Shown piece after piece: positions 1-13,510 of a stretch of DNA of 64,000 nt. How positions within the stretch are numbered: position 1 is the first letter of the stretch; each line of letters starts with the position of its first letter. Source of the DNA: Octopus vulgaris. Its lineage: Eukaryota. Under the pieces are notes generated by a model. That model saw only the letters and a program-made list of their open reading frames with translations. It searched no databases and was not told the origin of the DNA. The DNA is taken from the NCBI GenBank assembly GCA_951406725.2, contig OX597823.1:4402001-4466000 (forward strand), in the 5' to 3' direction. Made by a program: the position numbers and the translations under genes.

Positions 1-559
1 TATGTAGTCTCACTTCTATATAAGTATAGATATTCACTCTGCAAAGATTTTGTGAACATCCTGTATGTGCGGACACACATAATTTGTTTATTAAACATTC
101 CCAGACATCTAATTTATTCTGCTGCCCGTAACCCCAAGTTACTCCAAAATTTTAATTATCCGATAATGTTTTCCAGTTTTCCTCTTTATTTGAAATCAAC
201 ATGAGAGAGTGACCCCTGGAAGATACCGGCTTCTTCTTATCCCCTGTGTCAGGTGATAATCCCTGTAAGTTTACCCTAGAGTTTCATGTTTTTGTAACAC
301 TCTCCTATTTGGAACCATATTCTCATATTATAAAATTGATGCTGATAAATACATTGTGATGATTGATGTGGGTAATATTTATATATCCCCTAGTCACCAG
401 TATTTTATTTAAAAACTTATTGTAATGTAATTGTCTCAATAAATGGGTGAATGAACTGAAAAAAAACCCCCAAAAAAACTGGTACATTTGTTTGTTTTGT
501 TATTTATTTGTGTAGAAAGTAAAAGTGCTTCAAGAATACACTGAAAGCCTTACTGAAGA

Positions 560-790
560 GCTTTGAGATCAACCCCAACCCAAGCACAAGACCATCCTAC
601 CTGGCACATCTGCACCAATAAAGGTGCCACCTCCTACGAATTGAACAGGATTGCAAGGGACACAAAGAAACGGTGAACTACACAAGTCCAGAGCCCACTT
701 GTTGCTTTCAGTCCCAACAAACCACCAGTGCCTGACCTGCAGCAGAGCCTTCTGAGCACGCATGAGCCAATCCCACTGTGACTCATCTTC
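560..790 (+). mobile_element. Degenerate RTE-clade LINE 3' coding end
   Basis: Fragmentary frames resemble the IxKGA...ExxRIA...CxxC zinc-finger C-terminus of RTE/BovB-like ORFs. Confidence 0.45.
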
Positions 791-2181
791 CTCCATCTTT
801 GTCTCTTTCTTCCTCTTCCCCTACTTCCTTGCATATTCATTTCCCTTCTTTCATTCTTTCCTCAGCACATGACCCTACCTTTTCATCCCGTTTCTCATCA
901 CAAAATCCATTTCAACCTCAAACAATTATTGTTGCTAATCCAGGACCTTAAATAATTTCTTACATGGTCACAAGGCTAGAAATTTGAGGGGGTGGGGAGG
1001 AGTTAGCCAATTCAATCGATCCCAATACTTGACTGATTTTGTTTCATTGACCTTAGAAGGATGACATCAACAAAATTTGAACTCAGAATGTGAAGAGCCA
1101 ACTGAAATACAAGACATTTTATCCAATGTTCTGTTAATTCTGCCAATCTAAATAACGCACTTGTTTCTAATGCAGGCAGAAGGAAGAATATTATTGATTC
1201 TTTTGGTTCCAGTGCTTGGCTGGTATTTTTTATTTTGTCAACTCTACAAGGATGAACAGTAGAGTTTGACCTCCATTCAGAACGAAGTGCCTTACCAAAA
1301 ACCAGTGGGCTTTTCACCTGACCCTCTAACAGTTACACCAATCTGCCAAGTAATAAACAATAGGTAGTTGGGCACTTTGTTTTCTTACCTTGTGGTGTCA
1401 AGTTCAGTCCTGCTGCATAACACCTTGGGCAAGTGTCTTCTACTATAACACAAGCTGACCAAAGCCTTGTGAGAGGATTTGGTCAACAGAAACTGAACGA
1501 AGCCCTGGAAGAGGGATTAAAGATGATGATGATGGATAATGCAGTCCTAGATGCATTTGAATCATAGATCTGGTGAGTGAGGCTGACCAAAGCCTAAGTA
1601 ACAAAAACAACAGAGAGGTGCAGTGTGGCTCCCTGGACATGTTCCATTCTCAATAGAGAGAAGACCTGGCCATATACACAGAGACTGCACCCAAGATTTA
1701 TCCCTGCACATTGAAATTGCATTCATTCTAATTGCAGGGTTTCCAAAGAGAGGACCTCAACCAACCCGCACTCCCTGTTCTATTCCCTCCCACTGCTATC
1801 CAACTTGAACCTTGAGGGGATACCTACACACTCATCACCATTATTTTTATGTCCTTCTGGTTCTGCCCTAAAAGTGAGAAGCCATGTATCTCCTCTACAG
1901 AAGAAATTCGCTCTGGCCCTTCTCTCAAAGTTTACCCCCTCATAATCTAGCATAAAGCCACCTCCTTCAGGGAGCATAGTCAGCATTTTGCGTCCTAGGA
2001 TGGAGTATTCATCAGAGTGCTGGTTATATGGACAACACACTCAGTACATGCCATAAAGTGGTTGCCATTAGGAAGGGCATCCACTCATAGAAACCATGTC
2101 AACACAAACACTGGAGCACAAAGCAAACATTGGATCCTGTCCCACTGTACAACCCATGCTGACATAGAACACGGACGTTAA

Positions 2182-2216
<35 letters not shown>

Positions 2217-3167
2217 ATGTACAATATTGGTTTTTAGCAAGGAGGAGCCATGATATACCTGGTACCTCATCATTCAGCTTGCTGCCTGCCTGCCATAGAT
2301 GTGCTTGGTCAGAGCTGACCTGGGGTTACATAACAATAACAACATACCTGGTTCTTTGGTATATTTAGCCACATTCATACTAATGAAACTATCTCTGCTT
2401 CTGTTTCCACCAAACATTTATTTTTTTTTCCTTTTCTACAAACATTGACCTTTTTCCTTATCTACAAACACAGATAAGAGCATTGACCTTATCACTCACT
2501 AATCTTTGACAGCCGGCAAGTTCCTAACAAACGTTGTTAATCACTCTGATTAGTGGAACTTGGAGATTAGTTATCACAACTTTATGAGGAATGAAAAGAG
2601 CATGGAATTAGGGATGGGGGTCCCTTCATATTTTCGTATTTTATATAACAGAGAGTTATATTCTAAATGAATTTTGTTTTTACATTTTTGTTCCCAATTC
2701 TGTGCCTAGTAATAGTTTTTCCAAAACTCCATACTCTCTGATATATGTATTATATGTGACCATGTTCTGTTGTCAAAAGCAGGATACGTGAACCATGTGA
2801 AATCATATGAAAATCGTAATGCTCAGAAAGGGAATGATCTTGGAGAGCAACCACCTCTTATGACTTGTGTCATATGTCAACAAAACCTGTGAGACAACAT
2901 CTGGACTTGAAAGACATTCTTTCAGAATCAGATTCCAAAGGGCAAAGATAGAGAAGAAACTTGTATAATATCTGTCACTTGTGTTTCAAGCCCTGTCAGT
3001 CAGCAGCTGGCCTTAAATGTCATCTGAGGGCTGATCAACGGAGGGATTGTGCTGTCTGATGAGGTGGTGGGTGTGTGTGTTAATGGGACGGCTATCATCT
3101 CTCAAGATGAAGCAATTATCAATATTCATATATATATATATTATATAATAATATTAATAATATATAT

Positions 3168-4454
3168 CATCATCATCATCATCATCGTTTAACATCTGCT
3201 CTCCATGCTGGCATGGGTTGGATGGTTTGACTGAGGTTTGGAAAGCCAGTAGCTGCACCAAGTTCCAATCTGGCAATGTTTCTACACCTGGATGCCCTTC
3301 CTAACACCAACCACTCTTTTTACGTGCCACCAGTGCAGGAGGCAGGCCTGGCATCGATCACATTTGGATGGTGCTTTTTATGTGCCACCGGCACAAGAAC
3401 CAGTCAGGGGTTGCCGGCATCAGCCACGATTCATTGGAGCCTTTTACGTGCCGCTGGCACAGGAGCCAGTCAGAGGGCACTGGCCACAGCTATGATATTG
3501 GTTTTACTTGACTCAACAGGTCTTCTCCAGCATATCATATCACCCAATGCATTAGGGGTATTCTTAACAGGGCCAGATGTGTGGCTGCAATTTCACCTTA
3601 GTTGTTGGGTCTTCTCAATTACAGCATATCTCCAAAGGTCCCAGTCTCCCGTCATTGCCTCTGTGAGGCCCAATGTTTGAGGGTCATGCTTCACCACCTT
3701 GTCCCATGTCTTCCTGTGTCTACCACAGGTTCCTTCTTTAGTTAGGGAGTGGCACTTCCTCACACATCTGTCCTCATCCATATGTAACACATGACCACAC
3801 CAACGCAGTCATCTCCTTTGCACACCACATTTCATGCTTCTTATGCCCAATTTTTCTCTCACAGCACTTACACTCTGTCGTGTATGGACACTGACATTAC
3901 ACATCCAGTGGATCATACTAGCTTCATTTCTTTCAAGCCTACGCATGTCCTCAGCATTCATGGCCCATGTTTCACTGTCTTGTACCATGGCAGTCCACAC
4001 ATGTGGATCCGTGGAACAAGCTGCCAGACGAAATGGTGAAGATGCCGACGACCGCTTTGTTCAAAGTCTCTCTTGACCTCAAGTGGCCTGGACTCTTTAC
4101 ATGAACACCACCCTGTACTTAACTCCATGTCCCCCTACATGGCCTTGCTATTTGCTTTTGAGCCAAAAATTACCTAACTAACTAACATACAATCTATCTT
4201 TCACCCTGAATAAGAAGCCCTTAGTTGCCAGCAGATGTAGGAGGTCCCTATTCTTACTCTAGTCGCTACACTCTCAGAGCAGCCTCCCCACTTCAGACTT
4301 GTTCACCTAGGTAGCGGAAGCTATTAACTACTGGTTTCTTCCCCTGGCATGTGATGGAATCTGTTTTCTGTACATCTTCAGTGTTTATTGCCCCAGTGCA
4401 CCTACCACACAAAAACTATTTTCCCGGTTAACCTTCCTTGGATGTTGCTGCACC

Positions 4455-4470
<16 letters not shown>
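3168..4470 (-). mobile_element. 5'-truncated RTE-clade LINE with 3' UTR and (GAT)n tail
   Basis: SETWAMNAEDMRRLERNEASM..WMCNVS, MDEDRCVRKC..GRHRKTWDKVVKHD motifs. Its 3' UTR/tail is the abundant cgtttaacgtccg...ggatgcccttcctaacgcc repeat. Confidence 0.85.
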
Positions 4471-4519
<49 letters not shown>

Positions 4520-6697
4520 ATGTATGTATGTATGTATATATATATATATCATCATCATCATCGTTTAACGTCCGTTCTCCATGCTAGCATGGGTTGGACG
4601 GTTCGACCGGGATTCTGGGAAGCCAGAAGGCTGCACAAGACAAGTAATACAAAGAACGACCCTTCATCAGTTGTTGGCTGTCTATCTACTCCCCGTTTTG
4701 AGTGATCAACGACAATAGGAGTCTTTGAAGACAGTTGCTCCCATAAGTACCAAAATAAAATTTGGGGTTTATGGAGGGTCAAAGTTAGGAACAAAAATAG
4801 AACAGTGGAGATACTCAGGGAAACCGAATGAAAACAGACATGGAGGGTTGTTAGACTTGAACGAGGGGAAATAGTGAATGCTGAGAGAAATATTTTCTTT
4901 GAAAAGAGAAAAGATAGAAGAGAGAGATAGGGAACGTCCAGTCCTTAAAACACCTGTACAAGAAAGAAAGATGGACGAGAGATAGGACATGTCCAGTCCT
5001 TAAAACACCTGTACAAGAAAGAAAGATGGACGATGATCATGTGTGAGCAACAAGAGAGAGAAAGAGGGGGGGAGACAAATAGAAAATGGTGAAAGGGAGA
5101 AAAAGGGAATTAGAGAGGATGGGATATATATATAATATTGAATAATAGGGATTAATAAATCCAAGCAGTTATCTTATGAGCACTGAATGGTTAAGTGACT
5201 TGTTTAACTACATCAAACAATCAGATATCTATAGATTCAATGTGCATTTTCCATGCTGGCATGAGATGGATGGTTTGGTAGATCTGGCAAACCAGAGGAC
5301 TGTGCCAAGTTCTGGAGTTAGTTTTGCATGGTTTCTGTAGCAAGATATGTGCCAACCACTTTACAAAGTGTATTGGGTGCTTTTCTATGGCAGCAGAAGG
5401 GTTGAGAAGTGCTACAGGAGATAGCTCTGTGCTGGTTGACAACAGATTAAAAAGAATGGTAAACAGATATGTCAAACAGGTTTATACTGAGTTCTAACAC
5501 TGGGTCATTAGTATTGCTATGTCTTAGCAAAATATCGGTTTCAAATTTAGACACAAGGCCAGCAGTTTCAGGGGAAGGTGTACATTGACCCCAGTACATG
5601 ACTGGTACTTATTTTATCAACTTTGAAAGGATGAAAGGCAAAGCTGACCTCAGTGAAAATTGAACTCAGGATGTAAAGACAGACAATGTAAAGATGGACA
5701 AAATATTACTAAGCATTTTGCCCAGTGTGCTAATGATTCTGCCAGCTCACTGCTTTAGCAAAATATTCTTTTCTACTCTAGGCAGAAGGCCCGAAATTTG
5801 TGGGGAGGGGGCCAGTCGATTAGATCAACCCCAGTGCACAACTGGTACTTAATTCATCGACCTCGAAAGGATGAAAGGCAAAGTCAATCTTGGCGGAATT
5901 TAAACTCAGAACATAAAGGCAGACGATACTTTAGCAAAATATTGAAATACGTGTGTGTACGTGCGTCCATGTGTGCGTGTGTGTGTGTGTGTGTGTCTGT
6001 CTGTCTGTCTGTGCCTTCAAGTGTCCCTATCGTACAAGCAGTGTCATTTGTTTTCAATCCTCCATGGAAGCATATCCAGACAGCGGGGAAATGTTACCTT
6101 GCTTTCCAAACAAGTAAGGGCTGGCGATTAGGAAACCATGGAGGGTCTGCTTCAATAAAACCCCCCCTTGCAAGCCTGGGAATCTGGATGTTAAAGCATT
6201 GATGATGATGATGATGATGATGATGTTAGTGGTGATGACTGTCTTCAAAACAAGAACATGGTTGCCTTCGTCTGGAATGCCTTTAATTACAAAGTCTCCT
6301 GGATTGGGGCCTGACTTGGAGGAAAAAAACAATGATGGCGACAACCACCACCATTACTACTACTACTACTGCTGGTGCTGCTGCTACTACTACTAAATAT
6401 TACTGTCGTCATTTTATCTCTTTAATTCTTTTTAAAGATTTTATGAATATCTAATTATTGAATATTTGTTATGATGATTAAGAGCAGAATTGGAATAACA
6501 AGATAAAATCATATTTGGGTCATATGAAGTCAGAACAGTTGTAGAATTTCACATCAAAGATAAAAAAAAGAAAAGAAACTGGAAGGAGGAAAAAACAAAG
6601 AAAAAATAACCAAAAATGCCTACTTTGTTGTATCCAGAAATGTGTCATCAGAGCATTTGAGAAAATTCGCTGATGTTTTGGGGTTGGCAACCAAAAA

Positions 6698-6706
6698 GAT
6701 AAATAG
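6698..6706 (+). promoter_or_regulatory. TATA-like element upstream of secreted-protein gene 1
   Basis: GATAAATAG about 55 nt upstream of the ATG at 6761; position only, no functional evidence. Confidence 0.3.
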
Positions 6707-6760
6707 CAGCGGGTTTTGTCTTGCGAAGATATTCTGACCCAGGACATCTGAACTAGCAGA

Positions 6761-6773
6761 ATGAAGTTATTCT
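6761..6773 (+). CDS. Gene 1 coding exon 1 (MKLF + 1 nt), start of signal peptide
   Basis: AGA-ATG AAG TTA TTC T followed by consensus donor GTAAGT (6774). Phase 1 joins exon 2 in frame, giving MKLFLIFLLTSCLVVEKTHG, a typical signal peptide. Confidence 0.7.
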
Positions 6774-7029
6774 GTAAGTAGGTTTTGTTGTTGTTGTTGT
6801 TGTTTAGCTCCCAGCTTGACCCTTCAGTATCTTGGGCAGACCCCAGTTATTTTGCAAGCAATCTAAACCATACTATCTTACCTGAGGGATGACGTCCACC
6901 TATCACAAAAAGGACCCTGAAAAGAATTATGGTGGTTTGTCCTCTACTTTCCATTTAGCCCTGATCAAGCAAACATTGGTTGAGAGACATTCCAGCCATA
7001 TATATATATATATATATATATATACTCTT

Positions 7030-7405
7030 ATTCTTTCTCTTTTACTTGTTTCAGTCATTTGACTGCGGCCATGCTGGAGCACCGCCTATAATCGAGCAAC
7101 TCGACCCCGGGACTTATTCTTTTTGTAAGCCCAGTACTTATTCTATCGGTCTCTTTTCCCGAACCGCTAAGTAACGGGGACATAAACACACCAGCATCGG
7201 TTGTCAAGCGATGTTGGGGGAACAAACACAGACACACACATACATATATACGACAGGCTTCTTTCAGTTTCCGTCTACCAAATCCACTCACACGGCATTG
7301 GTCGGCCCCGAGGCTATAGTAGAAGACATTTGCCCAAGATGCCACGCAGTGGGACTGAACCCGGAACCATGTGGTTGGTTAGCAAGCTACTTACCACACA
7401 GCCAT
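7030..7405 (-). mobile_element. tRNA-derived SINE family 1 (internal (TA/TG)n)
   Basis: A box TGGCTGTGTGG, B box GGTTCAGTCCC, tail gaaacaagtaaaagag; many copies in the window. Confidence 0.85.
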
Positions 7406-8167
7406 ATATATATATATACATATATATGACTTTTGTACATAACCCCATGTGCTCTATATACACCTTTGATGGATTGTAGTGCTCCTGAGCACTGTACACA
7501 GTAATTCCATTATTATTATTATTATTATTATCATGGGGAAGAACAAAGAATATACACCACTTGCTGGCTCTGCACCATTTGGCTTTCAGTTTTCTCCTTT
7601 CACATATTTTCTATATAATCGCCTGCCCCCCACCCCTCTTTTCCTGTGTTTTTCTTTAATCTTTTTGATACAATATTCCTGTTGAAATACACTGACACAA
7701 CTATTAAGCTGGTGTTTGAAACTTCAATTAACATGAAATTTTGATGAAAGGTTCTGATTTAGTTCACATCAGCCCTTTTGTTTCTGATGAAATACACCAA
7801 CTTTGCTTCAATTCATTTTGAAAATTATGAATAAATAAATATAATAACATTGTCATTGAAAAGCATGGAAAAGGATGCTTAAAGTGATGATGATGATGAT
7901 ATATCATGATTTGCTTAGGTATAGTGATGCTACCATTGTTTTTATTTTAAATGGTTTTGAGGAAGCTGTGAGATGTTGTACAAGCAATTAGCTCCGAGTG
8001 CACTGCTTTTTATAGCAGAAACAACTGTGAGCTAATGCAGGTGAATATGTAACACCTGTTCTTTTGTCATCCATTATTTGATGTGCATGTGTGTGTGTGT
8101 GTGTATTACCCAACACATTTTTCTCTCTGTTTTCTCCCTTCTTTCTCCATTTTTTCCCCTCTTGTCC

Positions 8168-8203
8168 CTTTCTGTAGAAGAGCATAGGCTCGAAACATCA
8201 AAG
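8168..8203 (+). ncRNA. Minimal hammerhead ribozyme-like motif in Penelope-type repeat remnant (core variant)
   Basis: CTTT-CTGTAGA-AGAGC-ATAG-GCTC-GAAA-C-ATC-AAAG; core A6 substituted by T. Confidence 0.5.
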
Positions 8204-8409
8204 ACTTTTCCATTTTTCCTGAGTATCAAACTAATACACCTGCCTCTTGTTCCCTCACCTGTCTTTGTCTTCTTAACATTTGAACTATATATATAAAACA
8301 TATAGAGCAACACATAATATAAGAGAGAGAGAGAGACAGAGAGAGAGACAGACAGACAGAGAGACAGACAGACAGAGAGTCAGAGAGAGAGACAGACAGA
8401 CAGAGAGTC

Positions 8410-8440
<31 letters not shown>

Positions 8441-8496
8441 GCAACCAAGTGAAAGAAACACAAAAATGGTGTTATATTATTTTTCTGTTTTTGCAG

Positions 8497-8696
8497 TAAT
8501 TTTCCTCCTGACTAGTTGCTTGGTGGTAGAAAAGACCCATGGTCTACCTGACCTGGCTGGAATCATTGCTGGCCTCAGCGGCAAAACAATTGAGTTGCTG
8601 AAAAAAGTCACAGTACCAATTTTGGATACACAGATTGGTTTCCTGAGAAGCCACATTGAACATCTGGTGTCGTTCTTCAAAGGAAGCGAAGGCGAT
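8497..8696 (+). CDS. Gene 1 coding exon 2 (rest of signal peptide and amphipathic helical N-terminus LPDLAGIIAGLSGKTIELLKKV...FFKGSEGD)
   Basis: Acceptor ttttctgtttttgcag, 200 nt of open non-repetitive frame, donor GTAAGT at 8697 (phase 0). An in-frame ATG at 8466 is an alternative start. Confidence 0.8.
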
Positions 8697-9069
8697 GTAA
8701 GTATTCCCTTACTTTTATGCATTCTAAGGTTAATAAAAGTTCAATCAACAAATGCCAGGGCTATAAATCTGCTCCGCTCATCTTCCTTACCCCTCCTCAT
8801 TTCTACCCCTATGTAGTGCCATCTCCTATCCTCTCTTCTGTTCTCCTTCAGTTGTAGGGGCCACCTCAGGTCCTTAGTCTTTGCGAGGTATAAGGTGATC
8901 ATCAATTAGTACAGGTGCCATGGAAAAAGCATCCAGAACATTCTATAGATTGGTTGGTATAAGGAAGGGCCTCTGGCTGTGGAAACCCTACCAGACGAGA
9001 GAGTGGGGCATGTCTTGATCTTCTGGTTCATCAGATCCTGTCAAATCCTCCAACCTATGCTGGCATGGG

Positions 9070-9370
9070 ATAATTGATGATGAGGATGATGATGGTAGTG
9101 GTGGTGGTGGTGGTGGTGGTGATGGTAGTGGCAGTGGCAGCAGTGGTGGTGGCAGCGGTGGTGGTGAGGGGAGGAGGATGAGGAAGGGGATGAGGAGGAA
9201 GGAGAGGAGAAGGAGGAGAAGAGATGGAGGAAGAAGAGGAAGGTGATGAGAAGGGTGGTGGGGAGGTAGAAAAGGAGGGTGATGAGGAGGAGGAGGAAGA
9301 GGGGAGGGAAGGAGAGGGAAATGAGGAGGAGGAAGAGATGGAAGTGGAGGAAGATGGTGGTGGCAGGAGC
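9070..9370. repeat. Purine-rich (GGT/GAG/GGA)n low-complexity tract
   Basis: Trinucleotide-like runs; explains the poly-S and poly-E ORFs. Confidence 0.9.
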
Positions 9371-10717
9371 TTTAAAGAGGGGTCATGTCTGCGTATGTGT
9401 GTGTGTATGAAGTAATGTAATGGTAAGCTATTGGCAACCCAAGACTTTGATAGAAGTCCCCTTGCTTCTCGTTTCACTCAGTTCATTCCTTATTCTCAGG
9501 GCTACCATCAGAGTCAATAACTAGACCAGCAGAGTTTATAGAAAGATGGATAAATTCCATTGCCACGAAGAGTAGAAAGTCTTACATTTCTGGATCTTAC
9601 AATTCAACAGAAAACAGGAAAATATTTGGCTGTTAAAGCAAGCAGGGGAGATCCAGAGCTTTCTTGACTTTGATCCATAGTTTACAGAGATTAAACTGAC
9701 TGTTTTACAGTGATATCACCTTCCTTCCTTCATGAGCCAAAAGGGGATTAAGGGTCCATCATTCATTTATTCACTCTCTCTTTCATCTTATATTTATCTA
9801 CCTTCCTCACTCTCTCTTTCTCATTCCTTGCTTTTCTTCTTCTTGCTCTCTCCTGCACCCATCTCCCCCCCCTCTCTCTCCCTCTCTCTCTCTCTCTTTG
9901 TTTCTTATTCCTCTTCTTTCTTCCTTTGACTAATCCCTCCAGAAAATATGTAAAAAACCCCTGAAGGGCCACGAATTTGTTCTGGGGTAGTAGATGTAAT
10001 CTTAGTTTGACAAACGCAATAATGTTTTCCATAAGGCAGCAAGAAATGTTAGCATGGAGGGTGAAATGCTTAGGGGTGCTTCTTACATTCTGAGTTCAAA
10101 TTTGCTGGGGTTGAATTTACCTTTCATCCTTTCGAAGTCGATAAATTAAGTACCAGTTGCATACTGGGGTCAATCTAATCGACTGCCCCCCCCCCCCACT
10201 TCCCAAAAATTTTGGGCCTTGTGCCTAGAGTAGAAAAGAATAATGTTTTCCATATTGGTGTGGGTTGAACAGGGACTTATTGAGCCAATGTGTTTATGGC
10301 GGGGTGCTCTTCCTGTCATCAACTCTTGTCTGTTTTTTTCAAGTCAACTTTTGAAAGTGCAGAGTTTCAGGATGTTTTGAGAGTTGTTTACAGGGGGTGA
10401 AAACTTGACAACACTGTTTTCCTCATACAGTGTCATGTTACAATGTTGAATACACACACACACACACACATGACAGGCTTCTTTCAGTTTCCATCTACCA
10501 AATCTACTCACAAGGCTTTGGTTGGCCTGAGGTTATAATAGAAGACACTTGCCCAAGGTGCCATGCAGTGAGACTGAACCCAGAACTACAGGGTTGGGAA
10601 GCAAGCTTCTTAACACACAGCCACCCTTGCCTATACATGTATAAATTTTAATTGTTTCTTATTGTTATAATGGTATTTATGGGGGTAGGGGTTATATAAT
10701 TTGTTATTTTTGTCGTT

Positions 10718-11005
10718 GCACTCTGTCGGTTACGATCCAGTTGATCTGATCAATGGAACAGCCTGCTCGTGAAATTAACGTGTAAGTGGCTGAGAACTCC
10801 ACAGACATGTGTACCCTTAAAGGAGTTCTCGGGGAGATTCAGCATGACACAGAGTGTGACAAGGCTGGCCCTTTTGAAATACAGGTGTTTTCGCTTTTAG
10901 GTGTTTTCGCTCAATAAACACTCACAACGCCCAGTCTTGAAATCAAAACCATGATCCCAAAACCACAAGTCCACTGCCCTAACCACTGGGCTATTGTGCC
11001 TCCAT
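10718..11005 (-). mobile_element. tRNA-derived SINE family 3 (partial)
   Basis: Matches copies at 18443-18762, 21387-21665 and 59140-59520. Confidence 0.75.
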
Positions 11006-11149
11006 TTGGTATTTTATTTAAGGGTTGAGCAAGGAATGAAAAATTATTGTTAAATATTCTTCTATTGATGTTTATTTTGGATTTTGGGTTTAACAGTAAA
11101 ATGTGTTTTTTAAATAGTAAAATCAATGTCTTATTGTATTCCTTACTAG

Positions 11150-11225
11150 ATACCTGTTCCAGAGACCAGTTTTGTTCTTCATTTTGTTGCTGACCGATGC
11201 CACATCATTGGGAAACGTTTCTTGT
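11150..11225 (+). CDS. Gene 1 coding exon 3 (IPVPETSFVLHFVADRCHIIGKRFL + 1 nt)
   Basis: Acceptor tattccttactag, 76 nt, donor GTAAGT at 11226. Phase 0 to 1 bridges exon 2 to all four terminal exons and supplies one Cys, making four in total. Confidence 0.75.
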
Positions 11226-11425
11226 GTAAGTATAAAGCCTGTTTTATTTTTGATATTTCTAATAAACAACATGTCATACAACAGCAAAAGCAACAACAAC
11301 AAAAAAACAAGCTTCACTTACGTCTCACAACAGAGTGGTCAGTTATAAGAAAGGGCACCCAGCTATAAAAGCAGTTGCTACAACAAATGACCAGTGACAC
11401 TCACAGTAACTCAGGCCTAAGAACT

Positions 11426-11599
11426 AACAATGGGAATAAATAAGCATTACATTTTCTTGAGTGATTTGAATGCTTAAAGACTAAAGGTGGTGTGTTAGGC
11501 CTACCATCCTGGTTAGTTCTTAGGCCTAACACGTCCCCCTTTAGTCTTTAAGCATTCAAATCACTCAAGAAAATGTAATGCTTATTTATTCTCATTGTT
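11426..11599. repeat. Near-perfect foldback (arms ~78 bp, short loop)
   Basis: aacaatgggaataaataagcattac...ttaggccta pairs with taggcctaac...gtaatgcttatttattctcattgtt. Confidence 0.9.
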
Positions 11600-13154
11600 T
11601 AGTATGAACGATGCATTGACTTGTAGCTTTGAGATTTCAATGATGGGATTTAGAATGATGTAGGGTAGGTGTGAGAGGACAGATCTGGTCAGTGTTAAAA
11701 TAAAACAGGTAGAATATTTGAGCCAGAAAGGGTCAGTTTAGATGCTAAAGGGTTAAACAGAGCACATTCTCTTGCAAGTATTCAGACCGAACTCTCAGTT
11801 CTCTCCTTGTTCAGAAATTTCCGGTTTCGGTTTTTGGCACCAATCATATCCGTCTCACCAGTCTATGTGGGTGGGCTGTGGAACTACAAAGGTTATGTCA
11901 CTGCCATTCTTTTAGACTTTGGTCCATCACCACCCCTAGGGCTAATAAGACTAGCAGGAACTTAACTTGGTTTCCATGTTGTATAAGTGACTGAGATGCC
12001 AACATTTCCTCTCCCCTGGATGGGATGATGGTCCATCACAGGGTTAACTTCCTATCTATTGCTGGAACTCATTTAAGACTCAGTGAACTGGAAGAGTGAG
12101 AAATGAAGAGTCCTGCACAAAAGTCCAATGTGCTGCTTAGCCTGGGAATTGAAACCACAATCTTATGATTGTGAGTACAACACCCTAACCACTAAACCAT
12201 ACACTTTCACAAGCATGGTGTAAATGTTGCGAATCAAGTTTCCTCATCGTTTCAGCATTCATATTTTCATGCTTGTTTAAGTGAGATGGAATTCACTGAG
12301 GCATGATGTCCATGGCTGGAGGGCATTCCTCTTGCCAGCTCTTACCTGTCTCCAAGCAAAGTAACATTCCTCCATGGCTGAACATGCCTTTCATGGAAAA
12401 TTGGAAACAAATGATACCACTTGTGTGACAGTGATTCTTGTTTACGACTATCATGTGATGTCAAGACAAGAAGACATAAACACTTACACACACACTTACA
12501 CACATGTGTGTGCGTGTGTGCGCAGGCAATGAGCCTCTTTGAATTTTCACATGACTTTTTGATTGGCTTCATGCTATATTAGAAGACACTTGCCCAAGAT
12601 GCCACACAATGGGATTGAACCTGAAGCCTTGAAGCTGGAAACTAAGCTTCATGACCATATAATAGGTTCTTTACAAAACAATATCAGAGTATTTGATACA
12701 AATATTAAATCAAATATGTTAAATGTTTTATTTCATTAATGATAATACCTCATGACAGAGTTTCCTGTTCAAGTATGTTTCCACACCATCATCAGACAAA
12801 TCAATAATTGACCAAACTTGAACTTAAATGTCTGTGACATACATAAATTAGTTTATATTGGGGGGGGGGTTAAATATTACAAGTGTAATTCATATAGTGA
12901 ACAGTGAGTTAATTTACATGGATTGGTTTAAAATAGAATCTTAATCTTCCATGAGAAGTTGATAATTTGAAATAATAAAGGAATCGATGAGTGTATCCTT
13001 ATATAAAATGTGGAGTTCCTAGTAGGGAATAGAGGTATAAAGGGAAGAAATTGTTGAGACTGATATGGTGTTCACAACAAAGAAGGCAAATAGAGACATT
13101 GTGAGTGCTGGTACACAGGTGATTATTAATTTATTCAAGCAGGTGATAGTATAA

Positions 13155-13510
13155 GTTCCGGGTTCAGTCCCACTGCATGGCACCTTGGGCAAGTATCTTC
13201 TACTATAGCCTCGGGCCAACCAAAATCTTGTGAGTGGATTTGGTAGGCAGAAACTGAAAGAAGCCCATCGTGTATATGTATATATGTGTGTGTGTTTGTG
13301 TGTCTGTGTTTGTCCCCCCCCCCCCAACATCACTTGACAACCGATGCTGGTGTGTTTACGTCCCTGTAACTTGGCGGTTCAGCAAAAGAGACCAATAGAA
13401 TAAGTACTAGTCTTACAAAGAATAAGTCCTGGGGGGTCAATTTCCTCGATGAAAGGCAGTGTTCCAACATGGCTGCAGTCAAGTGACTGAAACAAGTAAA
13501 GGGAGAGTAG
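13155..13510 (+). mobile_element. SINE family 1 copy (5'-truncated)
   Basis: gggttcagtcccactgc...gaaacaagtaaa. Confidence 0.85.

Noticed and set aside
8280-8816. 178-aa single-exon ORF
   Set aside because: The N-terminus is (GA/GACA)n repeat and the C-terminus runs past a perfect GTAAGT donor; only 8497-8696 is a credible exon.
11815-11866. Alternative exon 3 candidate (KFPVSVFGTNHIRLTSL, phase 0 to 1)
   Set aside because: No Cys, no similarity to exon 3 and a weak GTGGGT donor.
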